Assembly (NCBI GenBank): GCA_030599585.1
Contig: JAUVNS010000009.1
Coordinates: forward strand, 96,001-160,000
Reading direction: 5' to 3'
Length of the DNA stretch: 64,000 nt
Source: Promethearchaeota archaeon
GTDB taxonomy: Archaea; Asgardarchaeota; Lokiarchaeia; Sigyniarchaeales; SOKP01
The notes below the pieces were generated by a model that worked only from the letters and a program-made list of their open reading frames with translations, ran no database searches and had not been told where the DNA came from. The translations under genes and the position numbers were made by a program. Shown here one piece after another: positions 1 to 10,053 of the stretch (positions are counted from its first letter, which is position 1; each line of letters starts with the position of its first letter).

Positions 1-1212
1 ACGAGAATTGAAATTAAAGGCGTTCAGAAGTTAGAATGGATACCAACCCTTATAAATCACGAGATATCACGTCAAATTGGACTACTTAACGTTAAAGAAG
101 AATTAGAAACAAGAAAATTAACTGAACGAGATGTACATAATATACATTCAGATTTGACAGAATCTTTCTCTAATACGAGCTCCAATTTCGCATCTAAAGA
201 GATCGCCTCTGGTAAGAAGCTTTACGGTATAAATTTAAAAGGATTTAAAGGCATTTTTGGAAAACTTTTAATTGAAGATTATCGATTTGGAACAGAAGTA
301 AGTAGTAAAGTTAAATCTCTAACTGGATTGAATGGGATAATCCATTCTGATGAAGATCTTACAAAATATAAATTTTCCGATAACGATGTTAAAATCGTAA
401 AAACTAAACTTAATTCAAAGGAAGGTGATTGTTTTATTTTGGTTTTAGGAACAGAAGAAGAAGTTTCTAAAGCAATAACCACTGTGGTTGAACGAGTGAA
501 GCAAGCGTTCAAAGGAGTTCCTCCAGAAACTAGGAAAGCTTTAGAAAATGGCAATACTGAATTTTTACGAGAATTACATGGTGGTGCGAGATTGTATCCT
601 GACACGGACTCAAGGGCAATTATGAATGATATTAATGAAATCAACGAAATTAATGCTAATTTACCCGATTATCCTTGGAATGTAATAAAAAAATATGTTA
701 ACTCCTATCACATTGAAGAATCTTCAATAAAACAGTTGTTTTTCACTGGAAAATTAAATCTCTTCAAAAAATTAATCAAAATTTATTCGGATAATCCATC
801 TATTATTATAAACAAGATTCTAAATACTACTACAGCTCTTCGACGTGAAGGTAAAAATATCGAAAATATTAAGGAATCTGACTTCGAAGAGATTTTTAAG
901 TATTTAAAAAATAAAGAGATTAGCAAAGAAGCAATAGAAGAAATTATGATAATGAAAGCTGATTATCCCGAACTTACAATTAGCGAAATAAAAGAACGAT
1001 TAAAACTTGAAAGTATAAGTGTAGAAGAATTATCTAAAATAATCGATGAAGTAATAGATATTAACATCGATATTGTTAAACAAAAAGGTATGAGGGCAAT
1101 CGGACCTCTCATGGGAGAAGTGATGAAAAAAGTGAGGGGAAAAATTGATGGAGCAATAATTTCAAGAGAAGTGAAGAATAAATTAAATTTAAAATTAAAG
1201 GAGTTGAAGTAA
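1..1212 (+). CDS. gatE: Glu-tRNA(Gln) amidotransferase subunit E (5'-partial; frame is open from base 1)
   Basis: Frame 1 reads TRIEIKGVQKLEW from base 1. Motifs GVPPETRKA, GGARLYPDTD and C-terminal GPLMGEVMKKVRGKIDG. Abuts gatD. Confidence 0.95.
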   Translation, partial: TRIEIKGVQKLEWIPTLINHEISRQIGLLNVKEELETRKLTERDVHNIHSDLTESFSNTSSNFASKEIASGKKLYGINLKGFKGIFGKLLIEDYRFGTEVSSKVKSLTGLNGIIHSDEDLTKYKFSDNDVKIVKTKLNSKEGDCFILVLGTEEEVSKAITTVVERVKQAFKGVPPETRKALENGNTEFLRELHGGARLYPDTDSRAIMNDINEINEINANLPDYPWNVIKKYVNSYHIEESSIKQLFFTGKLNLFKKLIKIYSDNPSIIINKILNTTTALRREGKNIENIKESDFEEIFKYLKNKEISKEAIEEIMIMKADYPELTISEIKERLKLESISVEELSKIIDEVIDINIDIVKQKGMRAIGPLMGEVMKKVRGKIDGAIISREVKNKLNLKLKELK

Positions 1213-2583
1213 ATGAGTGATTCGTTAAAAGGATACAAAGAAAAAGCGAGAGAATACCTAGAAAAGAACAATATTCAAATTTGGGATATCGTAGAATTAA
1301 AAACAAAAAAAACCACATTACAAGGTATAATTTTACCTAGAAATGAGTACTCTGCTCCTAATTTTATTGAAATTAAGTTAAAAAACAATTACAATGTAGG
1401 GATTAATATAAATGACGTAGTAGAGATTAAAAAAACCGGTAAAAAAGAGGCGATATATAAAATTCCAGAAAAAAAATTCCCAATTAATAAAAATTTACCA
1501 AATATCCAACTTCTTGGTACAGGAGGAACAGTGGCATCAAGGCTAGATTATACTACCGGGGCGGTTATCCCTTCCTTTACTCCTGGAGAATTGTTTAGTG
1601 CCGTCCCAGAATTAGCAGAGATATGCAACCTTGAATGTGAGATTGCTTTTGAGATTTTGTCGGAAAACATGAAACCTGAATATTGGCAAGAACTAGCAAA
1701 AAAGGTTAAAAGCGCAGTAGATGATGGAATCGACGGAATCTTAATCGGGCACGGAACCGACACTATGAGCTTTACAAGTGCTGCTTTAGCTTTCATGCTT
1801 GAGAATTTACCTATTCCGGTAGTTATTACAGGAAGTCAAAGAAGCTCTGATCGTCCATCCTCTGATGCTGCTCTTAACTTGATAAACGCTGCTGTTGTAG
1901 CAAGTTCAGATATTTCGGAAGTTTTGGTCACGATGTTAGGATCCTCTTCACATGATTATGGGTTAATCCATAGAGGTACACTCGTCAGAAAAATGCATTC
2001 ATCCGTCAGAGAAGCATTCCGTACTATTGATCAAGTTCCATTAGGCATGATCCAAAACAGAAAAATCAAAATGTTTAGTTCAGATTATAAGAAGAGATCA
2101 AATCGAGAGATTATATTAAAGACAAAATTTGAAAAGAAGATCGCACTAGTCTACTCTTACCCTGGTATGGAAAGTGAATTAATTGATTTTTATATCGATA
2201 AGGGCTATAAAGGGATAATAGTTGCAGGAACGGGACTAGGTCACATTGGCACAAATATGCATGAATCTATTAAAAGAGCAATCCAGGAAGGAATTATTAT
2301 ACTAATGACCACTCAAACCTTACATGGGTTCGTTGGAATGGATGTATATTCCACTGGGAGAGAGTTACAAAATCTTGGTGTTATTCCTGGAAAGAACATT
2401 TTACCAGAGGTCGGTTATGTTAAACTTGGTTGGGTTCTTGGTCAAACTCAAGATCCAAATGAGATTAAAAATCTACTATTAACAAATATCGCTGGAGAGT
2501 TCATAGATAGGGAACTACCAATCGCTTTTAATTACAATATTGATAGCCTATTAAAGAGTAAAACTTTTTTAAAACAACAATAG
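1213..2583 (+). CDS. gatD: Glu-tRNA(Gln) amidotransferase subunit D
   Basis: Asparaginase-like motifs GTGGTVASRLDY, HGTDTM, GSQRSSDRPSSDA, RKMHSS. Follows gatE. Confidence 0.97.
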   Translation: MSDSLKGYKEKAREYLEKNNIQIWDIVELKTKKTTLQGIILPRNEYSAPNFIEIKLKNNYNVGININDVVEIKKTGKKEAIYKIPEKKFPINKNLPNIQLLGTGGTVASRLDYTTGAVIPSFTPGELFSAVPELAEICNLECEIAFEILSENMKPEYWQELAKKVKSAVDDGIDGILIGHGTDTMSFTSAALAFMLENLPIPVVITGSQRSSDRPSSDAALNLINAAVVASSDISEVLVTMLGSSSHDYGLIHRGTLVRKMHSSVREAFRTIDQVPLGMIQNRKIKMFSSDYKKRSNREIILKTKFEKKIALVYSYPGMESELIDFYIDKGYKGIIVAGTGLGHIGTNMHESIKRAIQEGIIILMTTQTLHGFVGMDVYSTGRELQNLGVIPGKNILPEVGYVKLGWVLGQTQDPNEIKNLLLTNIAGEFIDRELPIAFNYNIDSLLKSKTFLKQQ

Positions 2584-2679
2584 TTTTTTCTCACAAATCT
2601 ATAATTGCTATGCAAAATAATAAAAAATTTAAACTTTTATTAATTAGATATTACTAATTCGATATAGTAAGTGATCTTT

Positions 2680-3408
2680 ATGGGAAAGCGTATATTAGCT
2701 CAAAGAAAAGGATACGGCAATTTATGGGCTCGATCTCCAAGTCACCGACATGTAGGAAAGGTAAAGTATCGTCCCTTCAAGAAAGATGAAAAATTGTTTA
2801 AATTTAAAGTGATCGATTTCCTCCACGCTCCAGGTAGAGGGGCTCCAGTAGCTAGAATTAGGTACGAAAATGGGGAAAAAAGTTTATGGCTACCTCCAGA
2901 AGGAATTTATGAAGGACAAGAATTTATCCAATCAAAAACGGGATACGGACAAGAAGTAAAAGTCGGAAATATCCTACCTATTAAAAAAATGCCAATAGGA
3001 ACGCTTGTATTCAATATCGAAGGAACTCCCAGCGATGGGGGTAAATTCGCGAGAGCATCCGGAGTTTCTGCTATTGTTCGAAACAAATCTGGAAAAAATA
3101 TTGAAGTGTTATTTCGATCAAAAAAAACAAAATGGTTCAATGAAAATTGTCTTTGTACCGTAGGAGTAGTTGCAGGTGGAGGTAGAACAGATAAACCTTT
3201 CCTGAAAGCGGGAAACGCACACTACGCTTACCGTTCTAAAGCTAAGAAGTGGCCGGTGGTCCGTGGAGTTACCATGAACGCTGCAAGCCACCCTTATGGA
3301 GGAGGCGCAAAACAAAGCCCCCACAAACCAACAACCACTTCTAGAAATGCTCCTCCTGGCCGAAAAGTTGGTCAAATCGCAGCTAGGCGGACAGGTCATC
3401 AGAATTAA
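2680..3408 (+). CDS. rpl2: 50S ribosomal protein uL2
   Basis: MGKRILAQRKG, HAPGRGAPVA, GVVAGGGRTDKP, WPVVRGVTMNAASHPYGGG, APPGRKVGQIAARRTG. ATG 2680 follows a GTGA SD-like motif. Confidence 0.97.
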   Translation: MGKRILAQRKGYGNLWARSPSHRHVGKVKYRPFKKDEKLFKFKVIDFLHAPGRGAPVARIRYENGEKSLWLPPEGIYEGQEFIQSKTGYGQEVKVGNILPIKKMPIGTLVFNIEGTPSDGGKFARASGVSAIVRNKSGKNIEVLFRSKKTKWFNENCLCTVGVVAGGGRTDKPFLKAGNAHYAYRSKAKKWPVVRGVTMNAASHPYGGGAKQSPHKPTTTSRNAPPGRKVGQIAARRTGHQN

Positions 3409-3555
3409 ATTTTATTTTTACTACTTCTCTTTCTACAATACAACCATTGAGATATTTTTATTGGAATATTTGCTTTTTAATAACAATTTAAAAAAAGAAT
3501 AATAATTGATCGTAGATTATTTCAATTATAGAGATGATAAAAGAGTTAGGTAGCT

Positions 3556-4914
3556 ATGGATCATAAATTTATCAATCCCGTTGAAACCCGTTATCGAACT
3601 GAAATAGCCGACATTTTTACAGAAGATAAAAAATTAGCCAACTGGTTAAAAGTTGAAGCTGTATTAGCTAAAGCTCACGCTAAACTTGGGAACATTCCAC
3701 AAGAGGCTGCTAATGAGATATTTAAAAAAGCTAATTTACAGAATGTAAAATTAAATCGTGTCAAAGAAATAGATAGAGAAATACATCACGATTTAATGGC
3801 TATGGTTAAAGCTTTATCTGAACAATGCGAGGGAGACGCAGGAAAATATATTCATTTAGGAGCAACTAGTTACGATATTGAAGACACAGCAACAGCACTT
3901 CAGCTAAAAGAAGCGATCTTGCATATTATAAAATCGTTGAAGAAACTAATTAAAGCTTTAATCAAAGTAATTGATGATAAGAAAAACCTCGTTTGTATAG
4001 GAAGAACTCACGGACAGCATGCTATTCCAACAACGTATGGGATGAGATTTGGTGTGTGGGCATATGAATTAGATAGGCATATGGATAGATTAAAAGAAAC
4101 GCTAAGTAGAATCACCTTCGGTAAAATGTCTGGGGCAGTGGGAACTATGGCAAGCTTTGGAGAGAGTGGTATTGAGATACAAAAAATAGTAATTAAAGAG
4201 CTTGATTTACATTTACCACTAATAACTAACCAAATAATTCAAAGAGATCGTCACGCAGAGGTGATTTTTATAACAACATTAATAGGACAATCTCTTGCTA
4301 AAATTTCAAGGCAAATTAGAATACTTCAAAGGAATGAAATAGCTGAAATGTTTGAACCTTTTAAGAAGAGCCAAGTTGGTAGTTCAACAATGCCCCATAA
4401 AAGAAATCCTCATAAATCTGAGAGAATCTGTAGTTTAGCCCGATTGTTGAAGTCTAACGTAATTCCCGCTTTAGATAATATGGTTTTAGAAGATGAGAGA
4501 GATTTAACGAATTCTGCTAATGAAAGAATAATTTTCTCAGAGAATTTCATACTTTTAGATTTTATGATAAATCAGTTAACGGAAATAATCCTAGGTCTCG
4601 AATTTGACGAATTTAAAATAGAAAGTAATTTAAATCTTACTAAAGGAGCGAGCCTCGTCGAAAAAGTCATGATTAATCTGGTTAAAAAAGGTATCGGTAG
4701 ACAAGAAGGACATGAAATTTTAAGGAAAGCAGCTATTAAAGCAAAAAATGAAAATATAATAATTAACGAAATTTTATTTAAAAATCCAAAAATTCGAGAT
4801 GTCTTTTCTAAAAACGAGATTGATGATTTGTTGGATCCTCACAATTACATAGGGAAAGCTCTTGAACAAACAGAAAATCTTCTAAATGTTCTTAAAAATA
4901 AGTACAAGTTATAA
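3556..4914 (+). CDS. purB: Adenylosuccinate lyase
   Basis: HLGATSYDI, GRTHGQHA, signature GSSTMPHKRNP. Adjacent to purM. Confidence 0.95.
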   Translation: MDHKFINPVETRYRTEIADIFTEDKKLANWLKVEAVLAKAHAKLGNIPQEAANEIFKKANLQNVKLNRVKEIDREIHHDLMAMVKALSEQCEGDAGKYIHLGATSYDIEDTATALQLKEAILHIIKSLKKLIKALIKVIDDKKNLVCIGRTHGQHAIPTTYGMRFGVWAYELDRHMDRLKETLSRITFGKMSGAVGTMASFGESGIEIQKIVIKELDLHLPLITNQIIQRDRHAEVIFITTLIGQSLAKISRQIRILQRNEIAEMFEPFKKSQVGSSTMPHKRNPHKSERICSLARLLKSNVIPALDNMVLEDERDLTNSANERIIFSENFILLDFMINQLTEIILGLEFDEFKIESNLNLTKGASLVEKVMINLVKKGIGRQEGHEILRKAAIKAKNENIIINEILFKNPKIRDVFSKNEIDDLLDPHNYIGKALEQTENLLNVLKNKYKL

Positions 4915-4916
4915 AA

Positions 4917-6113
4917 ATGTCTGATAATAAAGATATTTATTCTCAATTAGGTGTTTCTTCTAAAAAGGAAGATGTCCACAAAGCAATACGATTTACAGAT
5001 AAGGGATTATTCCCTGGATCTTTTTGTAAAATCGTTCAAGATGTGAGGAGAAGGGATGATTATTGTTCAGTTTTTCATTCTGATGGGGCTGGAACTAAAT
5101 CTAGCCTCGCTTATATGTATTATAAAGAGCTAGATGATACATCCGTTTTTAAAGGAATTGTACAAGACGCAATTGTTATGAATATTGACGATATGCTCTG
5201 CGTCGGGGCGACAGGAGATTATTTCATTTCCAATAATATCGGTCGAAATAGCAGGTACATTGATGGCGAGATTATTAAAACCATTATTCAAGAATATTAC
5301 TCCTTTAGTAAAAAGTTGTCTGATTTGGGTTTGGATACTTTAGTTTGTGGTGGTGAAACCGCCGACGTTGGAGATGTCGTAAAAACTCTCATAATCGACG
5401 CATCAGCGTTCACTAGTTTGAAGAAAAAAGATGTCATCGATTTAAGCAAAATTTCCAATAACGATGTAATCCTCGGTTTAGCGAGTTATGGAAAAGCAAC
5501 TTATGAAGAAGAATTTAATAGCGGGATAGGTAGTAACGGTTTAACGCTTGCTCGACATGGAGTTCTATCGCACGAATATTACGCAAAATATCCTGAGTGT
5601 TATGACAAATCCCTTGATGAACGCTTAGTTTTTTTCGGAAATCACTTGCTTTCTGATAAAATTAAAGGTTCGAGTTTAACGATAGGAAAAGCACTTTTGT
5701 CTCCAACTAGAACTTATGCCCCAATAATCTTAGATGTACTAAGAAATCATCGAAAGGAAATTCACGGAATAATACACAACACCGGAGGGGGCCAAACAAA
5801 AATCTTGAACTATGGGAAAGGAATCAAATACACAAAGAACAATCTGTTTCAAATTCCTAAAATATTTGAAATTATTCAAACTTCTTCGGAAACTCAATGG
5901 AAAGAGATGTTTCAAGTGTTTAATATGGGTCATCGGATGGAAATTTATTGTAATGAAACTACAGCTCAAGATATAATTAAAATCAGCAAAAAATACAATG
6001 TAAACTCGAAAATTATTGGTTTCTGCCAAAATTCCACATCGAAACATCAGAATTTACTCGAAATAAAGTCTGAATTTGGATCCTTTAGTTACAATCAAAA
6101 AGACATAATTTAG
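4917..6113 (+). CDS. purM: AIR synthase (PurM family, Bacteroidota-like variant)
   Basis: GVSSKKEDVH, DGAGTKSSLAY, MNIDDMLCVGA, GGETADVGD, GIGSNG, HNTGGG, VFNMG. Confidence 0.88.
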   Translation: MSDNKDIYSQLGVSSKKEDVHKAIRFTDKGLFPGSFCKIVQDVRRRDDYCSVFHSDGAGTKSSLAYMYYKELDDTSVFKGIVQDAIVMNIDDMLCVGATGDYFISNNIGRNSRYIDGEIIKTIIQEYYSFSKKLSDLGLDTLVCGGETADVGDVVKTLIIDASAFTSLKKKDVIDLSKISNNDVILGLASYGKATYEEEFNSGIGSNGLTLARHGVLSHEYYAKYPECYDKSLDERLVFFGNHLLSDKIKGSSLTIGKALLSPTRTYAPIILDVLRNHRKEIHGIIHNTGGGQTKILNYGKGIKYTKNNLFQIPKIFEIIQTSSETQWKEMFQVFNMGHRMEIYCNETTAQDIIKISKKYNVNSKIIGFCQNSTSKHQNLLEIKSEFGSFSYNQKDII

Positions 6114-6120
6114 GAGTGAA

Positions 6121-7086
6121 GTGGTTAAAATTTTCGATGTAATTTGTATTGGGGCTGCACTTGTTGACATGATAGCTCAAGTAGCAAGACACCCCTTAGA
6201 TGATGATGAAGTATTTGTATCAGATTTAACAATATTATCTGGTGGGGCTGCAGCGAATACATCATATGCTTGCGCAAAAATTGGCTTATCGACAGCTTTT
6301 ATCGGTAAACTAGGGGAAAGAGATCCTTTCAGCGAGAAAGTAATCAACGATTTTAAAGAAGTCTCTGTAGATACAAGCTTAATTAAGTATTCTAGAGATT
6401 ATACAACAGGATCTGCATATGTAGCCTTAAATCAAAAAGGAGATAGAAGAATATACGCTAATAGTGGGGCTGCTAACTATCTCTCAAAAGAAGATATATC
6501 AAAAAAAGAACTCAAAAATACAAAAATAATCTATTTAAGTAGCTTACAAAATATAGTACCCTTATTACACGCAGCAAAAATAGGTAGAAACCTTAATATA
6601 CCTGTGATTCTGAACCCCGGTATGTTGATCATAGAACAAGGCTTCGACTACATCAAAAACTTATTAGAGAAAATCGACATATTAATACTCTCTCAAAAAG
6701 AATTTAAAACTCTTTTTAATTTCAAAGAAAACGATTTAAGCGAAGATTCAATTAGAGAAAGATCAGTTTCATTATTTGCTTTAGGTATGAAAGTTATTGT
6801 TATCACACTTGGCGAAAAAGGAGCATTCCTACTAACTACCACACACGATGAACTTATACATCCGCTAAAATTAGAAAAAGTAATTGATACAACTGGAGCT
6901 GGTGACGCTTTTTCTGCAGGTTTCATTTATGGTTTAGTTAAAAATTTAAACCTAAAATTTGAACACTTAAGAAATAACGTAAAAATTGGTAATTTTGTAG
7001 CTGGCAATTGTATACAAAAATTAGGAGCGAGAAACGGAATTCCAACGAGAAATGATTTAAAAACTTTTTTTGGGCAATCCAAATAA
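6121..7086 (+). CDS. PfkB/ribokinase-family carbohydrate kinase
   Basis: GGAAAN near the N-terminus; DTTGAGDAF signature. Confidence 0.92.
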   Translation: MVKIFDVICIGAALVDMIAQVARHPLDDDEVFVSDLTILSGGAAANTSYACAKIGLSTAFIGKLGERDPFSEKVINDFKEVSVDTSLIKYSRDYTTGSAYVALNQKGDRRIYANSGAANYLSKEDISKKELKNTKIIYLSSLQNIVPLLHAAKIGRNLNIPVILNPGMLIIEQGFDYIKNLLEKIDILILSQKEFKTLFNFKENDLSEDSIRERSVSLFALGMKVIVITLGEKGAFLLTTTHDELIHPLKLEKVIDTTGAGDAFSAGFIYGLVKNLNLKFEHLRNNVKIGNFVAGNCIQKLGARNGIPTRNDLKTFFGQSK

Positions 7087-7150
7087 AAAAATTTAAAATA
7101 TTTCGATATAACTATCTTTTATTCATAAAACATGTTGGTAAATATTAATT

Positions 7151-8221
7151 ATGGGAAGACGTGAAAGCCCTCTAAAAACGATTTTAAGGCAACGATTTTA
7201 TTTTCTATTCGAAGTATTGATAATTTTCCTTGGCATTTTTATTTTCATGTTAATTCCTACTTTTCTGTTGCCATTTTTGATTGATAGTAGTTCTGTGATT
7301 TTTGAACCTCTTTATTATTTAGTAAAGGCCATTATTATAGTCGTAGCCATACCTTTATTTCTTTACATATCATATTTTATAATGGAAAAACAGAGAAAAA
7401 TATTGATTTTAGATGTAGACATTAGTCCTTCAAGAGGTTTTCTTAGTTTGTTTAAGATAACACGTAAAAATTTTAAATTTCAACTCTTATACGGTGTATT
7501 ATTGCTTTTTTTAATTTTCATACCATTAGATTTTTTTACTTATCTCTTTATTCCTGATATGCTTGATTTTGTTTCCACAGCATTACAACCCGCAGGAGAA
7601 TCTTCTTTAAATAATTATTTCAACGAGAATTACTTCATTTTTCTTCTATCAATCATCTTGATACCTCTGTGTGTTGCGATTTATGAAGAATCGTTAACAA
7701 GAGGCTTTTTAACTAACAGAGGAAGTGAATACACTAATAAAATGTCGGCGGTGATAATTACTTCATTTTTCTTCGGTTTGGGTCATTTTAGTTATATATT
7801 TACGGCACCCTCAATCGGATTTCCAATTATTTTTCCGATTATTTGGTTTTTACAAACATTCTTAGTGGGTATTGTTCTTTCTATGGTAGTTTTAAGAAGG
7901 CATTGGATTTTTCCAGTGATCTTCGCACATACTCTAAATAATGTTATCACATCTTTCTCGATTTGGAACAATATACACCATATTGATTTTTCGTTTATGA
8001 CATTTTATGTTTACATTCCTTTATTGATAACAGGAATACTACTCTTAATTTGGCAATTTTCTCGAATTAAAGAGAGTTTAACAATAGGTTGGAAGGAATT
8101 TAAAAGCTATTTTACCCGTGATGAAACTATCAGAGAAGGTACGCTAGAAACTGTTGTTAGAATTATAATGGATTTTTTATTTGGAATACTTATTTTTGTA
8201 ATTGGAGTAATAATATTATAG
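7151..8221 (+). CDS. CPBP (CAAX/Abi) intramembrane metalloprotease
   Basis: Multiple TM segments; EESLTRG, FGLGH and HTLNN motifs. Confidence 0.88.
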   Translation: MGRRESPLKTILRQRFYFLFEVLIIFLGIFIFMLIPTFLLPFLIDSSSVIFEPLYYLVKAIIIVVAIPLFLYISYFIMEKQRKILILDVDISPSRGFLSLFKITRKNFKFQLLYGVLLLFLIFIPLDFFTYLFIPDMLDFVSTALQPAGESSLNNYFNENYFIFLLSIILIPLCVAIYEESLTRGFLTNRGSEYTNKMSAVIITSFFFGLGHFSYIFTAPSIGFPIIFPIIWFLQTFLVGIVLSMVVLRRHWIFPVIFAHTLNNVITSFSIWNNIHHIDFSFMTFYVYIPLLITGILLLIWQFSRIKESLTIGWKEFKSYFTRDETIREGTLETVVRIIMDFLFGILIFVIGVIIL

Positions 8222-8238
8222 CGAGTATTAAAAAAGAA

Positions 8239-8760
8239 ATGGCTAAATTTGGAATCATTTCTGACACGCATTTTGCTACTGATGATAAAAGCAAATTATA
8301 TTCTAAATTATTGAATCAATTAGAGGAAACTTTCAAAGATGTTGATGAAATAATACATGCTGGAGATGTTTGTGAATCATTTTTTCTTGACGATCTAGAA
8401 AACATCGCTCCAGTCCGATGCGTGCGAGGAGAGTCAGATACTATACCGGGTTTAGAGACTTTTATAAATTTTGAAGTTGGTAAATACACCCTCGGAATAA
8501 TACACAAGAAGCCTGAGAATACAGAAGATTTTTTTAAAGAGCATAGCATCCATATTCTAATTTATGGGCATACTCATCAACCACTTATTAAAGGAACTCC
8601 TTACAATACGTTATTAATCAATCCGGGCAGCCCAACTAAACCTATAGCCCCACTTCCTAAAAAAGGGTTTGACCAACCCATTGCAAGACCAAGTGTTATT
8701 ACCCTGAAGATTGATAATGATAATATTCTATCGACTTTTCTCATAAATCTGAATTTATGA
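8239..8760 (+). CDS. YfcE/MJ0936/Vps29-like metallophosphoesterase
   Basis: ISDTH, HAGD, GHTH, NPGSP motifs. The usual GNxD reads GESD. Confidence 0.85.
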   Translation: MAKFGIISDTHFATDDKSKLYSKLLNQLEETFKDVDEIIHAGDVCESFFLDDLENIAPVRCVRGESDTIPGLETFINFEVGKYTLGIIHKKPENTEDFFKEHSIHILIYGHTHQPLIKGTPYNTLLINPGSPTKPIAPLPKKGFDQPIARPSVITLKIDNDNILSTFLINLNL

Positions 8761-8861
8761 TAAAGTAAAATTAAATACTAAATAGTTCATAATATATATA
8801 CATCGTGTAATAAGTTTTTTTTATAAGTAATATCATAAAAGAATTTAAAGGAGTATTAACT

Positions 8862-9260
8862 GTGGTTAGCCGACTTGAACTTGTACTTAAAGAATTAAAT
8901 GAAAATGGGAATTTTAGAGCGTCATTGTTCTCTACTTCAACAGGATTAGTTTTAGCTTCCCAAAAAGCTGAAGTTGTTGATGATCGGGTTGTTGCAGCCA
9001 TGAGTTCCTTATTGAGCGATGCGGCATATAAAGCTTCTGAGGAAATGAACTTGTCCGTTCTTTCGAGTATAAAAATCAAATATATTGGGGATTATATTGT
9101 CTGTAGAAATATTATTATGCCTGATAAAAAAACACAATTTATTTTAGCAGTGTTATCCAATAGTCCCGAATCGTCCGAAATTGAAGCTTATTACGACCAA
9201 TTACTAGATTGGGCTGTTGATAACGCAACTCCAGATTTAGAAAAACTGTCTTCAATTTAA
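8862..9260 (+). CDS. Roadblock/LC7-domain protein
   Basis: 132 aa; pattern S..GLVLAS...DDRVVAAMSSLLSDAA.KA..E typical of Roadblock/MglB. Confidence 0.8.
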   Translation: MVSRLELVLKELNENGNFRASLFSTSTGLVLASQKAEVVDDRVVAAMSSLLSDAAYKASEEMNLSVLSSIKIKYIGDYIVCRNIIMPDKKTQFILAVLSNSPESSEIEAYYDQLLDWAVDNATPDLEKLSSI

Positions 9261-9322
9261 ATAAACTAAATTTATTCGATTTTTATCAATTTGGTAAAGT
9301 ATTATTAGAAATCTCTTAATTT

Positions 9323-9997
9323 TTATTCTATAATCGATCTGTAAAAGTTATACGCTTCTTTAGCAACTTCTTGGGTAAATCCGATATAGAAATGGTCTGC
9401 TCCCTTGATTATTCTATACTGTTTCGGTTCTAAGTAGAAATTATAATGGTTTTCAAAATTTTCATAAATCGCCAAATTATCTCGATTTCCTTGAATAAAC
9501 AATTTTGGTTTTTTACTTTGAGATAGCTCTTTATATTTTAAACCCATAAAGTCCCAAGGAAAAGAAATAGCACAATATCCAATTATTTTTTCAGAATGAC
9601 TGATAGCAGAGCATCCTATAGCCGCACCGTAGGAATACCCGCATATAAATACTCTATCAAAATGTAAATCCCGCGTTAAATGGTCAATACATGCCTTAAC
9701 GTCGGATAATTCGCCTTTACCAATTGTAGGATTCCCCGTTGATTTACCAACCCCTCTAAAATTGAAGCGCATACATGAGATTTCCTTTTTAACGAATGAA
9801 TTAAAAACACCGGATACAACATTATTATGCATGTCCCCTCCATACTTTCCCTTTCTTGGGGTTTAAACCCTAAGAAATTGAGGATGTGGATGACACATTA
9901 ATGTAACGCAACTATGTGTTTCTTTTTCTATCTGAAAAACTTCAGCTTCAAGTTTTACTTCATTATTAAAAATAAACAATTTTTCAACGCTATGCAT
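9323..9997 (-). CDS. Alpha/beta hydrolase, two exons (9997-9879 + 9845-9323; 213 aa after splicing)
   Basis: ATG 9997 reads MHSVEKLF...LMCHPHPQ, then a 33-nt insert with TAA, then YGGDMHNNVV...RFNFRGVGKS...GYSYG...GNRD...GADHF (Ser-Asp-His triad intact). The ORF track shows only most of exon 2. Confidence 0.85.
9846..9878 (-). other. Candidate 33-nt bulge-helix-bulge (BHB) intron in a protein-coding gene
   Basis: mRNA parse: UCCACA-UCCU-CA^A-UUUCUUAGGG-UUUAAA-CCCCAAGAAA-GGGA-AA^G-UAUGGA. This gives an exon helix, a 4-bp central helix, two 3-nt bulges and an intron hairpin. Excision yields CAG (Gln) in frame. Confidence 0.8.
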
Positions 9998-10053
9998 AAT
10001 TTTAATTAGTATTTCATCTATAATAATAATACTATCAAAATTCTTTAGTAAAA

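Noticed and set aside
8640-8695. Small hairpin GGGTT-TGACC-AACCC in the phosphoesterase loop as a second BHB intron
   Set aside because: No 4-bp helix flanked by 3-nt bulges, and the frame is uninterrupted.
9845-9877. Palindromic 33-mer ending GGGAAAG, resembling a CRISPR repeat
   Set aside because: Single copy, no spacers or cas genes. The BHB parse explains every base and restores the protein motif.
9323-9997. Hydrolase as a simple pseudogene or stop-readthrough gene
   Set aside because: Both exons and the triad are intact. Readthrough would leave 11 extra residues inside the conserved motif.
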